A stretch of DNA of 64,000 nucleotides. It comes from Callorhinchus milii (Eukaryota). The translations under genes were made by a program, and so were the position numbers. Location of the stretch: assembly GCF_018977255.1 (NCBI RefSeq), contig NW_024704742.1, positions 76,014,001 to 76,078,000 on the forward strand, in the 5' to 3' direction. The first letter of the stretch is position 1; each line of letters begins with the position of its first letter. This document shows positions 12,421 to 23,960 of the stretch, in pieces. A model generated the notes under the pieces. The model worked only from the letters and a program-made list of their open reading frames with translations. It did not search any database and was not told where the DNA came from.

Positions 12421-13747
12421 CTAGTGGGAAAAACAGAGAAAACAACTGTAACACTTTTAGAACTGACAAAGGACCGACTTGGCTCAGACAGGTGTCCTCA
12501 GAAAAGTTGACACAGAATTGTTTATATTTACTAATTTCACTTAACACCTTATTAATCTACATGCTATATTGTGATTTTAGAGAATCACAAAATCTTATAA
12601 TGATCCTTGCATTTGATATGGTGCTTTTCACATCAGGAGGACCCCTCAAAGTGCTTCAACAGGATTTACGGTAAAGTGCACTTTGCAAGCAAACACGGCA
12701 GCCAGTTTGCATTCAGCAATGTCCCACAAACCCCCATTAAGTGAATGGATAATACTTTGCCAGGACACAGGGAGAAACTTCCTTCTCTTTATGAAGAGAG
12801 CCACAGGCACCTCCAATATTGCATCACCCCCCCAGCACTGTACTGGAATGTCAACATCAACTGTATGAGTTCAAAGTCCCAACATGAGGCTTCAACCCGA
12901 AAGATTAACAGTATAAAAGGAGAGCATTCAGCCCATTGTGCCTGTGCCAGGTCACTGAAAGAGCATCCATTTAGCCTCACACTCTGTCTTTTCCCCAATC
13001 GTTTCCCTTTTAATATCTTTATTTTTCAAATACTTCTCAAATTTCTTTTAAAGTGTATTCCATGGATTCCTCTTCAGCCACCATTTTGGAAAGGAATTCC
13101 ATGTGCTAGTAACCCTCCATGTAAAAAAAATCTTCTAAATTCTCTCTGAATTTTTTTTTGATGGCGATTATAAATTTATTCATACTCTATTTTGTAAATA
13201 TATCAATGTCGTACCCTGAGTGGATCTATCAGTATTTAATGATTCACTCTGTAAATGTATCCGCACATTAAATGAATGAGCCTTTTCATTCTGTACTTTC
13301 CGTTGAACTGCTAAATACTCTGTACAAACACGAGAAGTGAAATACAATACGTCCGCTTCATGTTACGGAGTGTGGCAACTCAGGGCAACTCAGTATGAGT
13401 GGATTGTTTGAATGACAACTAATCACTCCTTCCCTCAACATTCAATATGTCCTACACTTCTTAATCATTAACTGTAAGTCAATTACTTTGATCAACAGGA
13501 CTTGGAATTACGTAAGTGACTGTTTGTAAAAGATCAATTGCCTTGACTGGACAAACAGGCAAATCCTACTTGTGGGCCAAGGAGAAAACAGATTTTGCGA
13601 TTGCTCCTTAAATCATGAAAGGTAAAACAAATGGCGTGCTCAACCTGTAAAGTTAAAAGCAAATCCAGCGTGATTGGAATTGAAAATAAAATAAGTCATT
13701 GCATTAAAAACAAAATAGCGTTTGACATTTGATCTGAAAATACAATA

Positions 13748-14038
13748 TAATAATCCTTGCATTTGATATAGTGCTTTTCACATCTTCTAGACGTCTCAAA
13801 GTGCTTCACAGAATACACTGTAAAGTGAATTGACTGTATATTTGTGGGTGAAATGCAGCAGCCAATTGCACCCAGCAGTGTCCCACAAACAGTCGTGGAT
13901 TGAAGTGACCAATTTATTATTGCTTTATTATTATCAGGAATGTGGAGTAAGGAAACTTGCCCAAGGTTTCGCCCTGCCAGGAATCGAACCCAGGTCTCTC
14001 GCTTGCGAAACGAGTGCTCTAACCACTGAGTTACAGGA
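13748..14038 (-). mobile_element. SINE family A, full length
   Basis: Same head, body and tail as the other family A copies. Confidence 0.9.
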
Positions 14039-14498
14039 GAACAACAACAAATAGAAAAAATGAAGCAGATTGGAGGGAACCATTGTCTGGAAGTCAGAGG
14101 GATGTTCTGCCCCAAGATTTAGTGTTAAATAATAACAACAATTTGCACTTATATAGCACCCTCCACGTAGAGTATCGTCTCAGAGCGCTTGAACACAAAA
14201 TGATGGCAGATTCTGCCATATAATAATAATCCTTGCATTTGATGTAGTGCCTTATGTCATTCAGACGTCTCAAAGTGCTTCACAGAATAAATTGTAAAGT
14301 GAATTGACTGTGTATTTTGTGGGCGAAATACAAAAATACAAAATTATGGCAGGTTCTGTCCGTATGATAAAATAGCACCAGTGGTAGTTATCTGCACAAT
14401 AGTTAAAACCTCCAAAATGTAATCCCCAACATGTATTAGACGGGAAAGCAGAGGTAATGCAAAATTACTTTTTCTTATCCTTGACCGTTCTTCCGCTC

Positions 14499-14556
14499 TT
14501 ATAATAATAATAATAATAATAATAATAATCCTTGCATTTGATATATATATATATAT
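14499..14556 (+). repeat. (AAT)n SINE-tail microsatellite followed by (AT)n
   Basis: Seen directly in the sequence. Confidence 0.9.
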
Positions 14557-14794
14557 TTTATATTTTATGATCAATCAATATAAAATTAACAAGTATAGAA
14601 CAATTTTGAGAGCATTGCAGTTTTCAACAAAACACATCCATAAAGACTCATTACCTTTGGTTTTGTTTCCATAAAACTAAATGGTTGAACAACTGCTTTT
14701 CCTAAGCCTTGTTTTTTGGTAATCAAATACAAGGCGCAGCTCAAAGCCTGCATGTCAGTCGTAAAGGGCACAACTGCTTTGTACAACTTCCAAA

Positions 14795-14890
14795 TAATAA
14801 TAATCCTTGCATTTGATATTAACATTTCACCCTGCTGGGAATCGAACACAGGTTTTTCGAGTGATATAACCACTGAGCTACAGGATTCCA
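14795..14890 (-). mobile_element. SINE family A, internally deleted (head joined to extreme tail)
   Basis: The tail taataatccttgcatttgata lies directly next to the head tttcaccctgctgggaatcgaac...accactgagctacagga. Confidence 0.7.
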
Positions 14891-15439
14891 CTATGTAGGA
14901 CCTGAATGTAACTATTTAACAAATAAGGAAGTAGTTTTAACCCTAAACAAGGAAACTGCTTAAGTGACAATACTACATTCTTTGCATTTTGCAAACTTTT
15001 TAAAGAAATTTAGTGTGTCCAATTCTTTTTTCTAAATATTCTCCCCGCTGTTTGTGCCTCTCTGCTCCTGGTCTGACTTCCTCATTCTGGGGTATGGTTT
15101 ACAGGCACTGGTTGCCCTCTGATACTCACCAAAGTGGTCTTGGCAGCGAATATCAGCAAGCCACTAGACACCAGCTGAGCCTGGCCTGACCTCTCCCCAC
15201 CCTGCTCTCCACACATAAGCACTACTAGTCCAGGGTGTCTAAGACGGACAAGGAGGAGAAATCCTGGATTTCACTTCCCTCACTCTGTGGAGGACAACTT
15301 ATCCTCCCCATGCAACCTTGACTAAAACCAGCAAACTTAGGATAGTCCAGGATTCGAGCCAGCCAGCTCCTAGTAAGTAAGCTGCAATACACCATCAGGA
15401 TTACCTAGTCCATTTTCTTAAGAGGTAAGTTATTGGTAC

Positions 15440-15572
15440 CTGGCAGTCTCTTTCCATTCCATCTCTTGTCCGTCAACAGCCAAAAGTTCATCCAGTTCTG
15501 TGAAGAGCTGAGGAGCTGGGCTCTCGTCATCTTCACCAAGGATGAAGCGGATCCTCTCAGCAACTGGAGAAA
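15440..15572 (-). CDS. SLC4A4: SLC4A4-type coding exon, 133 nt: (L)[43 protein letters not shown](R)
   Basis: Acceptor ttttcactcctgtag|TT TCT, donor GCC AG|gtacca. Near-identical to NBCe1 [45 protein letters not shown]. Confidence 0.97.
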
Positions 15573-15604
15573 CTACAGGAGTGAAAATACCGCTGATGAG
15601 TGCT

Positions 15605-15815
15605 TGAGTTTTGTTTTGGTCAGCCTGGTGGTATACACAGAAACCTATTACCATGCTTAAGATTATCCAAGCCATCGAGAGTTCCACATATGCATGAAAA
15701 TATCTTTGTCTGGAATGGAATGTGCACTCACTCCTCGGAAGGACCCACCCAACTTACCTAATCCTGGACAGTATTAGCGCAGGTTGGCAAGAGCCAAGGC
15801 TTGGGGACCCCAGAC
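15605..15815 (-). repeat. Element X copy P, inverted relative to copies Q and R
   Basis: Its reverse complement shares perfect 23-, 16-, 12- and 16-nt blocks with 4398-4548. Confidence 0.85.
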
Positions 15816-16214
15816 CCCAGAATGTACGTTGATATACTGCTGATGTCTAACCAGCTAAAACTGCATAGTCTGCCATGGTGATGACTGATTGACAAGCTGC
15901 CCACTGCTTGTCCAGCTAGGACCACTCTACCTGTTAGAGCTTTGGCTTGCAAGGTTATCCAGTGGGGGTGGCGGAGGGAGCTTCCACAACTTAGCCAAAT
16001 AGGAAGAATCTCCCAGTGACTGGTCTGCCATTCCATGTCCTACTGATGAGCCTGCCAGGCTAGCATCAAGAGTGCCCTGGACCCGCCTGAGATATAAAGT
16101 ATACAACTGTTTTTTCCGACACCCACTGTGTTAACCTACAGTATTAACCAAAACTACACACACCATTATTGTTGTATACAATTTGTAAGTTAGTTACTAA
16201 AGGAAATAAGTGAT

Positions 16215-16298
16215 AGACATTGAAGTACAGAGCAGCCATGATCTAATAGAATGGCGGAACCTGCTCGAGGGGCTGAATGGCCTACGTCTGTTCCTATC
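16215..16298 (+). mobile_element. CR1 3' tail
   Basis: cagccatgatctaatagaatggcggaac...gggctgaatggcctac..tgttcctat. Confidence 0.75.
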
Positions 16299-16729
16299 TT
16301 TGAATGACAGACAGGTCATATACTTAGATAGGAAAAAGCAAAAAAAAAGGCCCACAGAACCATGAAGGTTACTTCCAGAAGAATCTGTCCATCCGTCCCC
16401 CCACCCACCACTCCCACACAGTACTCCCCCACACATCATTCTGTAAAATGTTGCGAAGCCTTTCAGCTTGAAATATCTTATAAGGAACATGTGCAATGTG
16501 ACATATCCAAAATGATTGTGTCAAACAATATAAAAATGGTAGTAGCAAAATAATAACATTGAGTATAAATCAACAACAACTTGCATTTATGTAGGACCCT
16601 TCATAAAGGATACTGTCTTGGAGATGCTTCAAATCGTATGAGAGGCAGAGCAGAAAAATACTGGTTATTCCTAATTTATTGGAAATTTTAACTGAGAACT
16701 AGTCTGATGAGGGTGCTGAGTAGTATTAT

Positions 16730-17265
16730 TATAATAATCCTTACATTTGACATAGCCCCCTATTACATCATTGAGACGCCTCAAAACACTTCACAGAATT
16801 TACTGTAAAGTGAACAGATTGTGTATTTTGTAGGTGAATGCAGCACCAATTTGCACACAACATTGTCACACAGTCATGATGTGAATGGCCAATTTTATCT
16901 GGGGGATTGTTAGCCAGGGCACTGGAGAAACTCCCTTCACTTTTCAATAGTGCCAAAGGATCCTTACCATCCATTTGAACAGACAGATGATGCCTTGGTT
17001 TAACATCTCATTCAAAGGACAGCACCTCCAGAAATGCAGCACACCCCCAACACTACATTAGAGTATCAGCCTATGCACTCAAAACGTGTCCAATGCATCT
17101 GCATAATACAGTCAATTCACTTTACAGTGCGACGTCTCGAAGACATGAAAAGGCGCTATACCAAATGCAACGATTATTATTATTATTAATAAAGACTTGA
17201 CATGGGACCTGAGCCCATAACCTCTGACCGAGAAGCGAGTGTTACCAACTAAGCCAGCCTGACAC
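16730..17265 (-). mobile_element. Deu-domain SINE (family B), interrupted by a plus-strand SINE tail near 17105-17190
   Basis: Core ggtttaacatctcattcaaaggacagcacctcc; the head resumes at 17195-17265. Confidence 0.8.
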
Positions 17266-19159
17266 TTTAACCATAAGATGAATGAGGTATTCTCTAAGAG
17301 TGTACTTTGCTGGTGAATTAAGAGCAGTCACCTACTCCATTCCACCTACTCGCTCATAATCCAGTTTATGCAGTACAACAACACTGACCCAGATAGAATC
17401 GATATCCCAGCTGTAATTATGTGAGAGAGTAAAATCTGGAATGACAGGGCTTGTAGATGGGATTGTGTTACAAGAGCGGCTTCTCAATCGAAAGAACAGA
17501 ATTTGGCATGAATGTTTGATACACACGAACCGAGAACATAATGCCATATGCCATGAACATGTTATTATTTGATTGCTGATCTTGTTTTCGAAGAGTTAAA
17601 TTAATAGAATCATCATTGTGAAGCTTTTGAATGATGTTCGGAAATGTTTCGATTGCAAACATTGCAGATACCATCATGACGGGCGAGTAGTTTATTCAGT
17701 GCAAGAATTTCTGCTTTGCAGGCCAATAATTTCTGGATGCCAATTGTCAAGGATTGGATTAGATGCCGAGGTGAAAATGCACAACTGTTTGCACCATCAA
17801 CGGACGGAGAAACAGTAGAAGAAAACGTGTCAAAAGAGATTCCCACCCCGGTCAAAATGCGGCCATTCAATGGATGCCATGTGGGAATGATTGAGTGAAC
17901 AAGGTATTTGTATGAAACATCTATAGGGATATAATAAAATATGACATCTGGAAGATTTGAACTGGTGGTTTGACAGCCAGGAAAAATAGAGAGAACTCAT
18001 GAATTACTTTAAAACCATTCCTTCCATTTGATATGGTACATTACCATATCATTGAATCTTACCACGTCTCAAAGTGCTTCGCTACTGCACTACCCTGCAC
18101 CCCTAGGTCTCCTAAGTCTTGGTTCTTCCCAATCGGATATGGGTTGGTACTTTGAGCTCATAGACTAGGCTGACACTTGCCAGCAGTGTTAAGCAAATTA
18201 CGATGTCCTCCCAATGTGAATTGCGCTGTGTAAATACAGTATAAATGTCATTGTACTGTATTGAAGGGTTTCTGAGTGTAGAGCTGACATTGATTTCAAG
18301 ACTCTGAGGCAAAGCATGCACCACAATTTATGAGCTGGGGGTGGCTGAGGTCTTGCAAAGCTTGTTGTGGTGCTGATAAACTTGCCTCAGCAAAAACAGA
18401 TTGAACATTGCACAGAATTAGTCATCCTACGGCCAATGAATGAGAGAGGTGCTTACTTACTATAGTTACCGGCTGCCGTTTATGTATGGAATACATTTGA
18501 CTGCTCATTAGCAATTAAATGGTGTGAGAGCAGTGCGCAGACCTTCACTTTAACACCAGTCACATTCCAGTCAATTTCCAAGGTAGTGATTCCCCTATTG
18601 GAATGTTTTCATTACAAATGGAATTCCACCCAATCTGAAATCCACTGCATTAAAATCTTTCTCGGATAAGGTATAAAGCCATTTCAAACTTTGACTGTTA
18701 TTAACTGAATACCTTTGGATGTTATTCCAGTCCTTCCACAGCTAGTCAGTCGCCACATTGCAAATGCACAGAATGGAGCTGAGCTGCAGCAAGTAATAGC
18801 TCAGGAGTTACAGGTAGAAGAGTCAGATTTCTTTATGGTAACCAAGCCTGGACAGAACAACAACTGCACCTCTTAGTAACCGCATTCATAAACAAAATGC
18901 TTAGCAAGATCTCGATTTCATTAGACATTTGGAAACAAAATGCCCAATGACATTTTCTAAGAAAATATGTTCCAATAACCAGCGCTGCAAATAAACCTTA
19001 ATTCTCAAGGAGGTTATAAATGTAGTTCAAGTATGGAATGTTTTGACTGTCCTTCCCCTCCCCTCTCCCACCACTTATTCCAGTCAGGAACTGATACTTC
19101 TCACTGTGGGACAATGGCAGATTACAAAGCTATAGACATACAGTATTGTATAAAGTGCT

Positions 19160-19715
19160 GAATGCTTGGTGGCAGTGAATAAGGCAAACCAGAGGCTGGG
19201 TTGTATTAAAAGGGCAATATTCAGCTGAAATAGTGAGGTAATTTTGCCACTTTATAAATCATTGGGGAGACCACACTTGGAATACTGTGTGCAGTTCTGA
19301 TCACTGCAGTACAAAAAGAATTTTGGAGAGAATAAAGAGAGCAACCAGAATGATTGAGGGGAGGTAGGAACTGGACTATGAGAAACGATTAGCTAAACTA
19401 GGCATATTCACACTGAAGAAGAGAAGTTTGAAGGGTGATATGATTACATTTTTTAAGATTCCAAAAAGACTGGATCATGTATTGCAGATCATGATAAGCT
19501 GTTTTATCTTTTCCAGAACAGTAGAACCAGAGGACACGGCCTGCAATTGAAGGGGGTTAAATTCAAAACAAATCTGCGGAAACACTTTTTAGTGAGCGAG
19601 AAGTAAATGTATGAAACAGGCTTCCTAGGGAGACAGTGGAAACAGAATGTGTTGATTCTTTCCAAAGCAAGTTAGATAGATTTCTTTTAGGAAATAATAT
19701 CTTGGGATCCAGTAA
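19160..19715 (+). mobile_element. CR1-clade LINE 3' fragment (a second CR1 family)
   Basis: Translates to AVNKANQRLGCIKR and EVILPLYKSLGRPHLEYCVQF, with stops. Confidence 0.88.
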
Positions 19716-20174
19716 ATGTGACCCATATATCCTGACCCAACTGTCCAGCGCCTTGGGACGTCCTCGCGACGTGAAAGGCACTCTATAAATGAAATCTTAT
19801 TGTTGTTGTTGTTGTATGTAGTTTTGGACATGTGCATGCGAATGCCAGGATGGTGGAAGACAAACTGGAAGACAAACTGGATGGACTTTGTTCTTCTTTC
19901 ATCTAGCGAATCCTTATGATCTTCTGTAGAATCATAACTCAGGGCTCTGTTGTGTGTGGCGCTGAATCATACAGACCAAGAAAGACAGAGGTTTGATACT
20001 CAGACTTTGCTAACATACCTGATCTCACCAGTAGCCAAGTGTGCCATTGATCTTCATGTCTGGGGGCTATAATCAGAGTTCATGCTCCTGATCACCGCCA
20101 AGTGACTGGGTGGATATTGTGGGGTGAAACTACACTCGCATCTAGACTTACTCTATTAATGTAGCATTTTAGTG

Positions 20175-20345
20175 TGTCCAGAATTTGGTAGCTTGTTGAA
20201 TTCAGTTTTTGCTTTGAGGCCTGTTTTCTGTAGTTCTTTAAAGAATTTATAGAAAACCTGCTTTAAAACGAAGGCAGCGTTTAAGAATTTGCAAAATTCT
20301 AGCACTGAAAAATTCAACATAGATATAGTGAACTCCTGGCTTTTC
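20175..20345. repeat. Imperfect palindromic element (MITE-like)
   Basis: tgttgaattcagt pairs with actgaaaattcaaca; gttttctgta pairs with tatagaaaac; central perfect palindrome ttctttaaagaa. Confidence 0.55.
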
Positions 20346-20634
20346 TGGTATCCGGAATTATAATCTAGCATGACAGGGCCAAAAACTTGAACATTACAAA
20401 AAAAACGGGGGCCTGCACGAGCGTAGGCTCCTAAATCTCCTGGCGTGCAACAACCTGTCCTGAGCATTCTCGCCATCTTTGATGGCCTTTACATCAGTCA
20501 GGAACATCGACTCAAAATGTTTGGATCCCGCAAGCAGAAAATAAATTTGCGATCTTCAAACAATCACAATGCCTGTGCCGGGTAAAATAGCTCAAAGATT
20601 CCCAGTAACTAGGTTCATATGATTTTAGGAACAC

Positions 20635-20852
20635 AGGAAAATAGGAACAGGAAAAGATGAGAAAGGAGTGGAGGAGAGGAATGGAATAGAGAAGAGAATA
20701 AAAGAGAGGAGACAAAAGTAGAGCCGTCGAGAAGAGAGGAGAGTGAAGTGAAGAAGACAAGGGAGGAATGAAGCAGAGAGGAGTGAGCTAGAGTGGAGAG
20801 AAGAGAAGAGGAGTTGAGAGGGGTGAGCGAAAATGGAGAGAAGAGAAGAAAA
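20635..20852 (+). repeat. Purine-rich (GA) low-complexity tract
   Basis: gagag/gagga/agaag pentamer-like repeats with very few pyrimidines. Confidence 0.85.
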
Positions 20853-20857
20853 TTTTA

Positions 20858-21122
20858 TAATAATAATCCTTGCATTTGATATAGCGCTTTTCACGTCTTC
20901 TAGACGTCTCAAAGCGCTTCACAGAATATGCTGTAAAGTTAATTGACTGTATTATGCGGACGCATTGGACACGTTTTGAGTCATAGGCTGACACTCTAAT
21001 GTAGTGTTGGCGGTGTGTTGCATTGTGAATTGACCATATATTTGTGGGTGAAATGCAGCAGCCAATTGCACACAGCAGTGTCCCACAAACAGTCGTGGAT
21101 TGAAAATGACCAATTTATTATT
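20858..21122 (-). mobile_element. SINE family A 3' half, interrupted by a ~70-bp templated insertion
   Basis: Tail at 20858-20950 and body at 21024-21122, separated by sequence copied from 17034-17105. Confidence 0.85.
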
Positions 21123-21124
21123 GG

Positions 21125-22550
21125 AGTCTCAAACGACATTCTCTCTATCTGTGACCAGAGCTCCCTCTGCCTCCTTGTTCTCCTGGACCTCTCCGCCGCT
21201 TTCAAATTGTCGATCACGCCATCCTCTTCCACCGCCTTTCCTCTGTCATCCACCTCAGTGGGACAACACTCGCCTGGTTCGAGTCGTACCTCACAAACCG
21301 CCAGCAGTACATCTGCACAAACGGCTTTTCCTCTCGCTCTCACCCGGTCACCTGTGGAGTACCCCAAGGATCCATCCTTGTCCCCCTCCTCTTTCTAATC
21401 TACATGCTACCTCTTGGGGATGTCATCTGCAGACGTGGGGTACACTTCCACATGTATGCGGATGACACCCAACTCCATTTTTCCACCTCACTTTGCAACC
21501 CCTAGTCCCCTGATGTTCTGTCAGCCTGCCTGTCAGACACCAGGAGCTGGATGAGTGCGAATTTCCTTCAGCTAAATGTTGACAAGACAGAAGCCATACT
21601 CTTTGGCTCTCATTAACATATTAAATCGCATGGTTCTCACCTGCTCCACCTACCCAACCTCCCCCTAAAACTCTCCAAACCCGTACTCAAACTAGGTGTC
21701 AGGTTCAACTCCCGAACTATCCTTCCTCCCCCACATCCGGTCCCTCACCAGCACCGCTTTCTTCTTCCACCTCCGACACATCGCCCATTCCCGCCAATAC
21801 CTCTCCCAAACAGCTGCTAAAACCCTGGTCCATGCCTTTGTCACCTCTCGGCTGGACTATTCAAATGGCCTCCTCTCCGGTCTTCCCTCCACTACCATCC
21901 ATAAAATCCAGGTCATTCAAAACTCTGCCGTCCACATTCTCACCCGCACCAAACTCCGCTTCCCGATTACCCCAGTACTTGCCAGACTGGCAAAGAGAAG
22001 AGAAGACAGTCTTTACCGGTGTCCTGACCAACACTCCTCCAGATTAAATTGGGCATTCACACCATGGCTGTTTGTGGGACATTGCTGCCCCGCACCAAAC
22101 TCCGCTCCCCGATCACCCCAGTCCTTGCCAGACTGCACTGGCTGCCTATCCCAGAGAGGATCAACTTCAAGATCCTCACCCTTGTCTTCAAATTCCTCCA
22201 CTCCTCTGCACCCCCCTACCTCTCTGACTTCCTCTCTCCTCACAATAGTGCCTGTTGCCTTTGCTCCACCGGGTCTGGCCTCCTCCTTGTCCCCCAAGTC
22301 CTCCGCTCCACCATCAGCGGCCGTGCCCTCAGCCATTATGCCCCGAGTCTCTGGAACTCCCTTCCTCACTCCCTTCACCTCGCCCCCTCTTTTCCTATTT
22401 TCAGGTCTTGGCTGAAGACCTTTCTTTTTGACCGCACCTTTGGTCATCTTCCTCCCCCTCTCCCTGGTTCGGCCCTGGAATCCATTACTGTGAAGCTCTC
22501 TGAGACGCCGTCCGGCGTGGAGAACGCTATATAAATCCAAGTTGTTGTTG
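21125..22550 (+). mobile_element. L2 LINE fragment (RT domain to 3' tail), frameshifted, with an internal duplication and insertion
   Basis: Contains LVLLDLSAAF, GVPQG, FHMYADDTQL, SRLDYSN and LHWLPIPERINFKI motifs. Ends ctatataaatccaag(ttg)n. Confidence 0.92.
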
Positions 22551-23799
22551 TGTAGAGTGGAGGCAGGGAAACAACAAAAGAAAATAAGTCATGAATTGAA
22601 TTTACTGCACACAACAAATATCATTGAGGATCTGTGACTAATACAAAGAGGACGTGTACTGTGGGTACTGAGGAAAGTTTATGTTCCTAATATTATAAGT
22701 TTGATGGACCAGCCTGCAGTCATTTCTCTGGCACTGATGGTTTGATTATTTCCCATTATACCTGTGAGCAACACTAAACATAGAGCAGAGTCCTTGGTAT
22801 GGACAGCTCACACTGTTCTAGTCTTCAACTGTGTTCATTCCTACTTGTTTTATTCTGTTATCAGTCAGGATACCGGGTATGGCTATGACATTCCCATAGT
22901 GCAATGCACATGACTCATATCATGGGAAGAGCCACTTGATCAAAGTAACAACAGAAGTTAGGCATTGCTTGTGGAACCATAGCCAAACACACGGCCATCC
23001 CTTTGAGGCGGGAGGTGGGAGGGGGAGAGAAACAAACAATATTTTCTGAAAAAACCTTCTGCTAAACAAATGTGTTTTGGGACCTGCCAGAACAGGATAT
23101 TTATGGTTTCAGTTCACAGGTTAATATCCTAAATTTCCTAGCATTCTTTTAGCAACAAACAAAAAACCATATGCGTATGTAGTACATGAAACTCTCAGAT
23201 GTTTTGCTCATAATGATAATAAAATTAATTTTTGCATTTGATGTTATCATGTCATTGAGATATCTCAAAGCACTTCACAGGATTTTACTATGAAGAGGAG
23301 TGACTATATATTTGTAGGCAAACGGGGCAGCCAATTTTTACAGCAATGTCTCACAAACAGCCATAAAGTGAATAGCCAATTTTTTTATCTGGGAGATTCC
23401 TGGCCAGGACACGAGGAGAAACTCCCTTCTCTTGTGAATGTCTACCTCAGTTTATCATGCGCTGAGTCACCGGAGGAGCTTCTGTGCCATAACAGTTTAA
23501 AGAGCGGCAGAGCTTGTAGTTCTACAGCTCTTTAACACATTGAACATTCCAATGTGCATTGCAAGGTTCTCGTGACCTTTTGCAGGCAAACAGGGTTAGC
23601 CATCAAGTACATCAGCAAGTCCCACAAACAACAAGGCAAGCAATAGGAAGCATGGTTAGCCAGGAGTAATTCACCTTTTTGGGTGGAACTTTAAGATCCT
23701 CCCGAACTGGCAGACTGGGCGTAATTTGATGTCTCATCTGAAGGACAGAAGGCTTATGATAAAATTGCAAAAAAATGCAAGGGGAGCTTATAGCTCTCT

Positions 23800-23960
23800 A
23801 GATCAGGTCAGGTCACGATCTTCCAAGGTGGCGATGACGACAAGCACTTGTGATGGCCTTGAGTGTGTAGATTAAGACCAATACCAGTGCACCTTTCTCT
23901 CTCCATCAACACTAGTGAGAGCACAACTGGGAAGAGGCCATAGGCACCTTCACAGACTGT
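23800..23960 (-). mobile_element. Possible RTE-clade LINE 3' remnant
   Basis: Minus-frame CTGIGLNLHTQGHH loosely resembles the C-terminal IGLxSH motif of RTE ORFs. Confidence 0.3.

Noticed and set aside
15420..15432. Plus-strand gag|gtaagt donor antisense to an exon end
   Set aside because: No supporting antisense exon structure; expected by chance.
15758..16036. 92-aa minus-strand ORF ending at a perfect donor
   Set aside because: Its stop codon falls at the donor and the phase is wrong, so it cannot fuse to the SLC4A4 frame.
16043..16066. ctgatga-gcctg-c-caggc hammerhead-like start
   Set aside because: No GAAA follows the stem.
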